Source: an uncultured Bacillota bacterium (GTDB lineage Bacteria; Bacillota_I; Bacilli_A; RF39; UBA660). Taken from it: DNA of 62,128 nt. The notes under the pieces are model-generated. The model worked only from the letters and a program-made list of their open reading frames with translations, had not been told where the DNA came from and searched no databases. The first letter of the stretch is position 1. Each line of letters begins with the position of its first letter. Below, one piece after another: positions 20,163-28,380 of this stretch. A program made the translations under genes and the position numbers. The stretch is from NCBI GenBank assembly GCA_946626905.1, contig CAMOVA010000002.1, positions 1 to 62,128 of the forward strand. Direction: 5' to 3'.

Positions 20163-20561
20163 ATGAAAGTTATTACATTAAAACAACCATGGGCGACACT
20201 AGTTGCTGAGGGAATAAAAAAATATGAATTTAGATCTTGGAAAACAAAATATAGAGGGAAAATACTTATTCATGCAGGTGTTGGAATTGATAAAAAGGAA
20301 TTGGAAAAATATAAAGATTTGAATTTAAAATTCCCATCAAAAAGAATATTAGCTGAAGTAGAATTAGAAGACTGTTTAGAACTTAATGAAGATTTAAATA
20401 AAAAAATTATTAATGAAAAAAATATAGCTTATGGATCTAAAGTGAGAACTGGATATGCATGGAAATTTAAAAATATTAAAAAAATAAAATATGATAAAGA
20501 AATCAAAGGGAAACTTGGTTTATGGAACATTGATTTAAATGATTTATATTCATTTGACTAA
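20163..20561 (+). CDS. ASCH-domain protein
   Basis: MKVITLKQPWATLVAEGIKKYEFRSW matches the ASCH/PUA-like N-terminal signature. An extended -10 TGATAAAAT lies just upstream. Confidence 0.65.
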   Translation: MKVITLKQPWATLVAEGIKKYEFRSWKTKYRGKILIHAGVGIDKKELEKYKDLNLKFPSKRILAEVELEDCLELNEDLNKKIINEKNIAYGSKVRTGYAWKFKNIKKIKYDKEIKGKLGLWNIDLNDLYSFD

Positions 20562-20624
20562 ATAGATGATTAATACTAAAATATTTCTGAATTAAACAAA
20601 TGTTGTGTATAGGAGGTGATAGTT

Positions 20625-22256
20625 ATGCAGATAAAGAATTTATCAATGTCATTTGGTACACAAGAATTATTTGAAAATATTAATTTGAATATTCCTGATA
20701 ATGATAAAGTTGGGATAGTAGGTGTTAATGGCGCAGGAAAATCAACTTTTTTAAAAATTATCATGGGAAAAATTGAAGCTGATACTGGTAAGATAATATT
20801 AAAAAATGGTGCACGAGTTGGATATCTTCCACAAGTTATAGATGATGAAATACCATCAACTAATATATCAGTTTTTGATTTTTTATTATCTGCTAGGCCA
20901 ATTGATGAATTAAATATGAAATTACAACAAATATATGAAGAATTGGCCACAGCTAATGAAAATGAATTAAACAAATTATATAAAGAAATGGATAAAATTA
21001 ATAAGAAATTAGATTATTGGGAAGTATATACAGCAGAAAGTACTCTTTTAAAAATAATTGATGGTATGAATATAGATGATAAGCTATTAGAACAGCCTTT
21101 AAATACATTATCGGGTGGTCAGAAATCTAAAGTAGCATTTGCAAGATTACTATATTCAATGCCAGAATTCATATTACTAGATGAACCAACTAACCACTTA
21201 GATAAAGAAACAAAAGAATATGTTATAAATTTTATAAAAGGATATAATGGTGGCGTATACGTTATATCGCATGATACAGATTTTTTAAATGAAGTAACAA
21301 CAAAAATATTATTTTTAGATAAACGTTTAAAAACTTTTAAATTATTTGATGGTAATTATGATCACTTTAAAAGATTGAGTGAAGAATATGAATTAGCTAT
21401 ACAAAAAGAAGTAGAAAAGCAAAATAAGGAAGAAGAAAAATTGCGAACACTGATTAATAAGTATTCTAGTTCATCCGGCAAAAGAAAACGTATGGCACAG
21501 GATAGAGAGAAAAAATTGGAAAAACTTTTGAGTGAAAAAATTGATTTAGGTTCTAAATTAAAACAAGCAAAAGTGGAAATGAATATGAATAGGGAAAGTA
21601 CTAATAATCCGTTAATTGTAAAAAATTTATTTTTTAAATATAATAAGGAATCTGAAAAAAATATTATTAATGATTTAACATTTAGTTTAGCTAAAAGTGA
21701 AAAATTTTTAATTGTAGGGGAGAATGGAGTAGGTAAATCAACGTTATTAAAACTAATAATTGGACAATTACATCCTGATAAAGGTGAAATAATATTAGGT
21801 CAGCGAACTGATTTGGGATATTATGCACAGGAGCATGAACTTTTAGATAACAATAAAAATATTATAGATAATTTTTCTGATTGTGATATTTCTATAAGAA
21901 ATTTAAGAAATGTTCTAGGTAGATTTTTATTTTATGGTGATGATGTCTACAAAAAAGTATCTGTGTTATCTCCTGGAGAGCGTAGTAGAGTTGCACTTGC
22001 AAAATTATCACTACAAGGAGCAAATGTTTTAATCTTGGATGAACCAACAAACCACTTGGATCCAGAAACACAAGCAATTATTGCAGAAACATTTAAAACA
22101 TTTAAAGGTACTATGCTTGTGGTATCTCATAATCCTGATTTTGTTGATAATTTAGGAATTGAACGTGTATTAATATTACCTAGTGGTAAAATTGATTATT
22201 ATAGTAGAGAATTAGTAGAACATTATCATAATTTAAATAATAAAAAACAGAATTAA
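20625..22256 (+). CDS. ABC-F family ATPase (two NBDs joined by a charged linker, no TM domain)
   Basis: Two Walker A motifs (GVNGAGKST, GENGVGKST), two signatures (LSGGQKS, LSPGERS) and an ~80-aa K/E-rich interdomain linker. The ATG at 20625 follows AGGAGGTGA. Confidence 0.85.
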   Translation: MQIKNLSMSFGTQELFENINLNIPDNDKVGIVGVNGAGKSTFLKIIMGKIEADTGKIILKNGARVGYLPQVIDDEIPSTNISVFDFLLSARPIDELNMKLQQIYEELATANENELNKLYKEMDKINKKLDYWEVYTAESTLLKIIDGMNIDDKLLEQPLNTLSGGQKSKVAFARLLYSMPEFILLDEPTNHLDKETKEYVINFIKGYNGGVYVISHDTDFLNEVTTKILFLDKRLKTFKLFDGNYDHFKRLSEEYELAIQKEVEKQNKEEEKLRTLINKYSSSSGKRKRMAQDREKKLEKLLSEKIDLGSKLKQAKVEMNMNRESTNNPLIVKNLFFKYNKESEKNIINDLTFSLAKSEKFLIVGENGVGKSTLLKLIIGQLHPDKGEIILGQRTDLGYYAQEHELLDNNKNIIDNFSDCDISIRNLRNVLGRFLFYGDDVYKKVSVLSPGERSRVALAKLSLQGANVLILDEPTNHLDPETQAIIAETFKTFKGTMLVVSHNPDFVDNLGIERVLILPSGKIDYYSRELVEHYHNLNNKKQN

Positions 22257-22264
22257 CAAAAAAT

Positions 22265-22290
22265 AAAACGATTCATTGAATCGTTTTTTT
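22265..22290. terminator. Bidirectional terminator (copy B of the 30-bp repeat)
   Basis: Same hairpin as 20081-20106. The stop codon of the convergent Fic gene lies inside it. Confidence 0.6.
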
Positions 22291-22960
22291 ATATTGTTTT
22301 AGTATTTTCTTCTTTTTTATAATTATTTATTGCGTTTTTAAATACATTAGCAAGATAAATTACTTCAGGATAATCTTTATCATCTAAGCATGCTAGTACA
22401 AAAAAGTCTCTAACACTATAAGATTTAATACTACCATTTGGATGATATGTTCTAGATAATCCTTCTGTAAATGTTTCCATATCAAATGGGAATCCATGTT
22501 CTTTTGCATATAAATAAGCAAAAGATAATATTGTTCTAGTATTTCCATCTCTAAAAGGATGAATCCTCCATATAAGAGCAAGTTTTCTAGCATATATTGT
22601 AGCTATTTCATCTGTGCTCATATTTTGCCATGCGATGCGATTTAAATCATTTAATTTGTGATGAAGTTCTTTTTCTATATTTTCTGGATTAGAGTAGTTT
22701 ATACTTAAACCAGGTAATACTACTTCTTCTTTTACTAACGGCACAGTTCTATATTCACCAGCCCATTCAAATATATCTTCAAAAATGTGTTTATGTATTC
22801 TTTTGATAAGTGTTTCATCAAAATAATCAGTAGGTACAGAATCAATATCAATTAATTTTAAAAAACCGATGTCAGCTTCTGCTTTGTTTAATAAATCATA
22901 ATCAGTAATATTTAGTTTGTTTTTTAAAACATTATTACTATTAACATAAGGATCAATCAT
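22289..22960 (-). CDS. Fic/Fido-domain protein with non-canonical active-site motif
   Basis: HPFRDGNTRTIL aligns to the Fic motif HxFx(D/E)GNGRxxR. The ATG at 22960 follows AAAGGTG and overlaps the upstream small ORF by 8 nt. Confidence 0.8.
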   Translation of the reverse strand: MIDPYVNSNNVLKNKLNITDYDLLNKAEADIGFLKLIDIDSVPTDYFDETLIKRIHKHIFEDIFEWAGEYRTVPLVKEEVVLPGLSINYSNPENIEKELHHKLNDLNRIAWQNMSTDEIATIYARKLALIWRIHPFRDGNTRTILSFAYLYAKEHGFPFDMETFTEGLSRTYHPNGSIKSYSVRDFFVLACLDDKDYPEVIYLANVFKNAINNYKKEENTKTI

Positions 22961-23153
22961 TTTGAACACCTTTATAATAACTAATTACACATTTTTGAAT
23001 ATCTTTTAATTCTTTTTTACCTTCAATATAATCGTTTACTAAAGAAAGAACATCATCAGTAGGTTTACTTGCACCAGTTAATGATATACTAAGAGCTTTT
23101 TCTACTATTTTTTTTCTTTCTTCTTTAGTAGTTTCACTTATTAAATATTTCAT
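22953..23153 (-). CDS. VbhA-like small partner protein of Fic (candidate antitoxin)
   Basis: 66 aa, translationally coupled upstream of Fic. ALSISLTGASKPTDDV aligns by eye with the VbhA segment carrying (S/T)xxxE(G/N), but has Thr in place of the Glu. Confidence 0.55.
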   Translation of the reverse strand: MKYLISETTKEERKKIVEKALSISLTGASKPTDDVLSLVNDYIEGKKELKDIQKCVISYYKGVQND

Positions 23154-23283
23154 AGTATCCTCCTAAATTAATTATAACATAAAATATAAAATATGTTAAA
23201 ATAGAAATAGATGAAATCAACTTTTAGTTTGTTTAAATTTTAAATAAAATAGTATATATTAATAACATGAAAGGAGTTACTAT

Positions 23284-23889
23284 ATGGATCAAATTAAAAT
23301 TGGAAATTTTATAAAACAAAAAAGAATTGAAAAAAATATGACACAATCTGAATTAGCAGAAAAATTAAATATTACAGATAGAGCTGTTTCAAAATGGGAA
23401 AGAGGCCTATGCTTACCAGATGCTGGAACAATGCCTATTCTTTGTGATATACTTTCTATTTCAATAAATGATCTATTTAGTGGTGAAAAAGTAGATATGA
23501 AAGATAATGAAAAAAGATTAGAAGAAAACTTACTTGAAATGACACAATTAAAAGAACAAAAAGATAAACAATTACTTCAACTTGAATATGTAATTGGCTT
23601 TGGATCTGTATTTACATATATGGTATTTATATTTTTAGCAAGTTTTATAAAGATGGATAGAATACTAAGTATTGCGTTAATCATAAGTGCGGCTATTATA
23701 ATTGTTATAGGTGTGATTTTTTCATTAAAAATAGAACAATTAGCTGGATATTATAAATGTTCTAATTGTGACCATAAATATACACCAACATATAAAAGCG
23801 TATTTTTTGCTCCTCATATTAATAGAACAAGATATATGAAGTGTCCAAAATGTGGTAAAAAAACTTGGAATAAAAAAATACTTAAATAG
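23284..23889 (+). CDS. XRE-family HTH regulator with two TM helices and a C-terminal CxxC...CxxC zinc ribbon
   Basis: MTQSELAEKLNITDRAVSKWERG is an HTH_3 signature. Two hydrophobic helices. CSNC...CPKC near the C-terminus. Confidence 0.75.
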   Translation: MDQIKIGNFIKQKRIEKNMTQSELAEKLNITDRAVSKWERGLCLPDAGTMPILCDILSISINDLFSGEKVDMKDNEKRLEENLLEMTQLKEQKDKQLLQLEYVIGFGSVFTYMVFIFLASFIKMDRILSIALIISAAIIIVIGVIFSLKIEQLAGYYKCSNCDHKYTPTYKSVFFAPHINRTRYMKCPKCGKKTWNKKILK

Positions 23890-23970
23890 TATTTTTTTTA
23901 TGGATAAATAAAATTAAAATCTTGTAAAAAAATATAAATATATGTTAAAATTGAACATGGAGGTTAAAAT

Positions 23971-24585
23971 ATGGAAAATGTTAATATAGATAGTATAGCT
24001 AATATTGATACAGTAAAAAAATTATTTTCAAGTGTAAATGGATTAGCTGAAGATAATTGTTTTTTAGTTGTTGTTAATAGAGATTATGGAACAGCGGATT
24101 CTCTAGGTGGAGCATATGGGGCAAACGCTGTTAGAGTAGGTGCAAAAAATGGAGGAGTAGCAGGTGGAATTATTGCTGGAGCTGTTTCAAACTCAGTAGC
24201 TAATGTTGTAAATGAAGCTGTTGCTGAATTTAGAAGTAAATTAAATGATAAACAACAAATAGTTTTTGATACTAGAAATTATGGAGGATACTTACTTAAT
24301 ATTACAGAAAAAGGTATTGGTGTAATACCTCTATCAAATAATGGTAAGATGATACCTAGTATAAAAAACTTTAAAACTGATATAGAAAACTATGTTTATT
24401 TTGCTAATGATGAGATTGAAAAAATAGAAATAAAAAAATTAGCTCTTCATTTTAGTTCAAAACGTCTTGCAATTTATTTTAAAGGTCTTGATCAAAGTTC
24501 TACTCCATGGCAAGTATATAAAAAACATAAATTAGTACCTTATGAAGAAGCTAATTACAATAAATTAGTTAATAAATTAAAATAA
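23971..24585 (+). CDS. Hypothetical protein (Gly-zipper-like segment plus beta-rich C-terminal half)
   Basis: Good RBS (GGAGG). Contains GGVAGGIIAGAVSNSVANVV. No family recognised. Confidence 0.5.
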   Translation: MENVNIDSIANIDTVKKLFSSVNGLAEDNCFLVVVNRDYGTADSLGGAYGANAVRVGAKNGGVAGGIIAGAVSNSVANVVNEAVAEFRSKLNDKQQIVFDTRNYGGYLLNITEKGIGVIPLSNNGKMIPSIKNFKTDIENYVYFANDEIEKIEIKKLALHFSSKRLAIYFKGLDQSSTPWQVYKKHKLVPYEEANYNKLVNKLK

Positions 24586-24593
24586 TAAAATAA

Positions 24594-24626
24594 AAAGTAC
24601 ATCATTTCTGATGTACTTTGATTTTT
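24594..24626. terminator. Bidirectional terminator (serves the + strand CDS and the - strand tRNA-Gly)
   Basis: Stem AAAGTACATCA/TGATGTACTTT with loop TTTC. Confidence 0.6.
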
Positions 24627-24629
24627 AAA

Positions 24630-24703
24630 TGGAGCGGATGAGGAGAATCGAACTCCCGTAGTCAGCTTGGAAGGCTGAGGTTCTACCATTAAACTACATC
24701 CGC
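24630..24703 (-). tRNA. tRNA-Gly (anticodon TCC), CCA encoded
   Basis: The reverse complement reads GCGGATGTAGTTTAATGGTAGAAC...TCAGC-CTTCCAA-GCTGA...GGGAGTTCGATTCTCC...CATCCGCTCCA. Confidence 0.9.
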
Positions 24704-24721
24704 ATAAAGTAGACATTTATA

Positions 24722-24749
24722 ATTATACCAAAGATTAAGATAATGTCAA
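24722..24749 (-). promoter_or_regulatory. SigA-type promoter for tRNA-Gly
   Basis: On the minus strand: TTGACA (24749-24744), 16-nt spacer, TATAAT (24727-24722), with an extended -10 TG. Confidence 0.5.
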
Positions 24750-24869
24750 TATTATTTTGAAAAATATTTACAAATTTATAAAATTACGCAAATGTTATTT
24801 AAATATTTGAATAATAGTGATATAATGTTTAATATACAATATTATATTAAAATGGAATGGAGAATATAT

Positions 24870-25316
24870 ATGGAAGTTGTTAAAAATAATAAAAGCATAT
24901 TTATTATTTTAGGGATAATATTTATATTTTTAATTGTAGTATTAATTGGTGTAAAGGCATTTTTCCCATCAGGTAATGCATATGGTGACAGACTAAAAGG
25001 AATTGATAAAGTTAGTTTTTCTGACAAAGAAATTCAAAAATTAGAAAAAGAAATATCAAGTAGAGATAAAATTAAAAAAGTATCAATTGATATAAAAGGA
25101 AGATTAATTAATATTATCTTAACTGTAGAAAAAGATGCTGATTTAGGAGATATGAAAGATCATTGTAAAGATAAATTGGAATTATTTGATGAAGATGAAT
25201 TAAAATATTATGATATCCAATTTTATATTATAAATGTATCTGATAAAGAAGAACATTTTCCAGCAATCGGTTATAAACATAAAACTAGTGAAAGTATAGA
25301 ATGGTCAAATAATTAG
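24870..25316 (+). CDS. Membrane-anchored hypothetical protein
   Basis: ATG at 24870 (MEVVKNNKSIFIILGIIF...) with one N-terminal TM helix. It ends 8 nt before the sensor gene. Confidence 0.45.
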   Translation: MEVVKNNKSIFIILGIIFIFLIVVLIGVKAFFPSGNAYGDRLKGIDKVSFSDKEIQKLEKEISSRDKIKKVSIDIKGRLINIILTVEKDADLGDMKDHCKDKLELFDEDELKYYDIQFYIINVSDKEEHFPAIGYKHKTSESIEWSNN

Positions 25317-25324
25317 GTGATAAA

Positions 25325-27367
25325 ATGGATAAAAAGAAGATTGTAATTAGTGCGATTGTAATATCTATAATACTAGCTATTTTAGGTATAGTTTATGTGT
25401 TTATTAGACAAGATAAAAACAGTACACTTACTATAATGGAAAAACAATGGATTGAAAATAACAAAAATAATGTTATTGATATATCTATTGTAAATAATGT
25501 ACCTGTTTTCAATTATGATGGTGAGGGATTATTCTTTGATTTCTTAAATTCAGTTGAAAAAGATACAGGATTAAGCTTTAATAAATTATCTTATAATATG
25601 GGTAATAGTATTAGTAGTGAATATTCTTTTCAAGTAGTAGATGAATTAGCTTCAAATGATATTTTAATGTATGAAGATAATTATGTATTAGTTACTAAAA
25701 ATAAAGTTAAATATAATTCTATAAATGATATTCCTACATTAACTATTGGTGTATTAAATAGTGATATTAAAAATGTTAGTTATTATTTAGGAGCTAACAA
25801 AAAAGTTTCATTTAAAACATATGGAAGTTACAATAATTTATTTAGTACACTTACATCAAACAGTAGTCCTATAACAGCTATTGCTGTTCCAAAGACAATG
25901 TTTTTAAAAGAAATAGTTGAAAATGATCGTTTAACTATTGCTTATGATATGCCTGAAATTAAAAAGTATTTTGTATTAAGATTAGGTTCTAATAAAAAAT
26001 TAAATAGAATCTTAACAAAGTATTATAAAAAATGGAATAGAACAGATTATGAAGAATTATTTAATACTAATTTTTCAGAAAGTTATTTTAAATTTAAACA
26101 AATATATCAACAAGAAAAAACAAATTTTACAAGTAAACAATATGTTTATGGATTTGTAGAAAACGCACCATTTGATTCATTGGTGGATGACAAGTTACAA
26201 GGGTTCAGTAATGAGCTTATTAAAAGTTTTACAAAAGTTTCTAATATAACAGTTTCTTATAATAGATATAAAAACTATGAAGAATTGTTAAAAGCATTTA
26301 ATGAAAATAAAATAGATTTTTATTTAAATGCATCTAGTCTTAATGATTATGATTTAGATATTTATAGAACTGTTTCAGCATATGAAACAAAAGCAGTTGT
26401 TTTATCTAAAGAAAAGAATGAAACAGTTATTAATTCAGAAATGGCTTTAAAAGGTAGAAAAGTCGCAACTGTAAGAAACAGTAAAATTGATAAATATTTA
26501 AATAGTAATGATATAAAAACTCATACTTATGAAAATGTAATAGATTTATTAAGAAATAAAGATAGCGATGAATTAGTGGTTATCGATGAAGTAACATTTG
26601 AAGCGTATATTTCAAATGCTTTAAAGAAATATAATAAAATTTATACATTTGATTTAGATACAACTTATGAATATGTTGGAAGAGATATAGAAGCTAATAA
26701 AGTATTCAATGAATATTTAAATTTCTATATTACATTTACAAATACAAATATTTATAAAAATACTTTAGATATTAATTTATTTAGTATTAAATCTTCAAAT
26801 AAAAAAATACTATTAGTAGTATTAGTATTATTACTAATTTGTGTAGTTATATCATCTGCTTTACTACTTAGAAAAATGAAACCAAAGAAAAAGAAAATAA
26901 AAGTAAGTAAAGAAGATAAATTAAAATATGTTGATATGCTAACATCATTAAAGAACAGAAATTATTTAAATGATTCAATAGAAAAATGGGATAGTGCACA
27001 TATATATCCACAAGCTATTGTAGTAGTTGATTTAAATAATGTGGCATACATTAATGACAATTATGGACATGAAGAAGGAGATATTGTTATTAAAGAGGCA
27101 GCTTCAATTTTAATTCAAACACAAATAGAACAAACAGAAATTATTCGTACTAATGGTAATGAATTCTTGATCTACATGTTAGGTCATGATGAAAAAAAGG
27201 TTGTTTCTTACACTAAAAAATTGTTAAAAGAATTAAAAGATTTGAAACATGGATTTGGTGCTGCTGTTGGATATAGTATGATTACTGATGAATTAAAAAC
27301 TATAGATGATGCAATTAATGAAGCAACATTAGATATGAAAAACAAAAAAGAAGAAATACAAAATTAA
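25325..27367 (+). CDS. Membrane sensor with two extracytoplasmic solute-binding-like domains and a C-terminal degenerate GGDEF domain
   Basis: TM helices near residues 10-30 and ~495-515. GGDEF-domain context: LTSLKNRNYL, VVDLNNVAYINDNYGHEEGD, RTNGNEFLIY (NGNEF in place of GG[DE]EF). Confidence 0.7.
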   Translation: MDKKKIVISAIVISIILAILGIVYVFIRQDKNSTLTIMEKQWIENNKNNVIDISIVNNVPVFNYDGEGLFFDFLNSVEKDTGLSFNKLSYNMGNSISSEYSFQVVDELASNDILMYEDNYVLVTKNKVKYNSINDIPTLTIGVLNSDIKNVSYYLGANKKVSFKTYGSYNNLFSTLTSNSSPITAIAVPKTMFLKEIVENDRLTIAYDMPEIKKYFVLRLGSNKKLNRILTKYYKKWNRTDYEELFNTNFSESYFKFKQIYQQEKTNFTSKQYVYGFVENAPFDSLVDDKLQGFSNELIKSFTKVSNITVSYNRYKNYEELLKAFNENKIDFYLNASSLNDYDLDIYRTVSAYETKAVVLSKEKNETVINSEMALKGRKVATVRNSKIDKYLNSNDIKTHTYENVIDLLRNKDSDELVVIDEVTFEAYISNALKKYNKIYTFDLDTTYEYVGRDIEANKVFNEYLNFYITFTNTNIYKNTLDINLFSIKSSNKKILLVVLVLLLICVVISSALLLRKMKPKKKKIKVSKEDKLKYVDMLTSLKNRNYLNDSIEKWDSAHIYPQAIVVVDLNNVAYINDNYGHEEGDIVIKEAASILIQTQIEQTEIIRTNGNEFLIYMLGHDEKKVVSYTKKLLKELKDLKHGFGAAVGYSMITDELKTIDDAINEATLDMKNKKEEIQN

Positions 27368-27407
27368 AAAGGTCATTTTGGCCTTTTTTAAAAATATAGG
27401 TGATAAA

Positions 27408-28268
27408 ATGGATGTTATAAAAAGATATATGAGTAAATTAATAAAAATAATAAATAAAGATGAAATGAAAATATTACCAGGACATTTATCATTTTACTTT
27501 ATATTATCATTAATTCCTGCAATAACATTGTTAGGTATTATATGTCATATGTTAGGTTTATCAAATGATGATGTAACAAGTTTCTTTTGGAATATAATGC
27601 CAAATGCGGCAACAGAAATTATCAAACCATTTGTAAAAACATCAGGGAGTTCTTTGGCACTTGTTTATTTAATCATAAGTTTGATTATCGTATCAAATGG
27701 AGCTTATGCATTAATTCTAACATGTAATACTTTATATCAGTTAAATGATATTAGCCAATTAAAGGCACGTATTAAATCAGTTATTTTAACTTTCTTATTT
27801 ATGTTTATATTTGTATTTATATTAATAGTACTCGCATTTGGAAATATGATTGTTAAATGGGTTTTATCCTTAGAAGTATTTAGTAATATTACATGGTTAT
27901 ATAAGGTATTTATTTATTCAAAATGGCCAGTTGCTTTCGTAATAATCTATATAGTTTTAAAATTAATTTATACTATAGCTCCTGATAAAACTATAAAGAG
28001 TAGGAGTGTTACTAAAGGAGCAATTTTTACTACAGTATTATGGTTAATTATAACAGCTATATATTCTTATTATTGTAATAACATTGCTAGATATGATATG
28101 TTTTATGGAAACTTATCAAATATTATAATATTAATGATGTGGATATATCTTATTACTTATATTTTTGTTATAGGAATAGCTATAAACGTTAATAACTATA
28201 GCTATATGGCAAAAAATACCATAATCAAAGAAGAAGATTCTACATATAATAAAAATGAACATGTATAA
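27408..28268 (+). CDS. YihY/BrkB-family membrane protein
   Basis: Six-TM protein with a YihY-like N-terminus. The ATG at 27408 follows AGGTGATAAA and lies downstream of a hairpin (27367-27390). Confidence 0.7.
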   Translation: MDVIKRYMSKLIKIINKDEMKILPGHLSFYFILSLIPAITLLGIICHMLGLSNDDVTSFFWNIMPNAATEIIKPFVKTSGSSLALVYLIISLIIVSNGAYALILTCNTLYQLNDISQLKARIKSVILTFLFMFIFVFILIVLAFGNMIVKWVLSLEVFSNITWLYKVFIYSKWPVAFVIIYIVLKLIYTIAPDKTIKSRSVTKGAIFTTVLWLIITAIYSYYCNNIARYDMFYGNLSNIIILMMWIYLITYIFVIGIAINVNNYSYMAKNTIIKEEDSTYNKNEHV

Positions 28269-28355
28269 TACATGTTCATTTAGACTACCTATAGTACCGA
28301 TGATATTTTACTGTGAATATCTACGTATTAGTTGTTGGTAATCTTTAATCTCAAA

Positions 28356-28380
28356 TAAAAAGGGTTTAAAACCCTTTTTA
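28356..28380. terminator. Bidirectional terminator
   Basis: Stem AAAAAGGGTT/AACCCTTTTT. Confidence 0.6.

Noticed and set aside
20576-20974. A 132-aa ORF antisense to the 5' end of the ABC-F gene. Similar antisense or out-of-frame ORFs occur at 1872-2180, 4222-4470, 9345-9590, 11473-11748, 16926-17117, 18694-18903, 19541-19750, 21892-22077, 22393-22593, 24842-25027, 30251-30487, 34282-34479, 34651-34872, 38662-38913, 43499-43837, 44530-44721, 46295-46618, 46793-47086, 50250-50579, 59363-59692 and 60942-61127.
   Set aside because: All lie inside confidently identified genes on the other strand or in another frame. They have no RBS and low-complexity translations. The 20576 ORF shows the classic Walker-A shadow (VDFPAPLTP). 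They are shadow ORFs.
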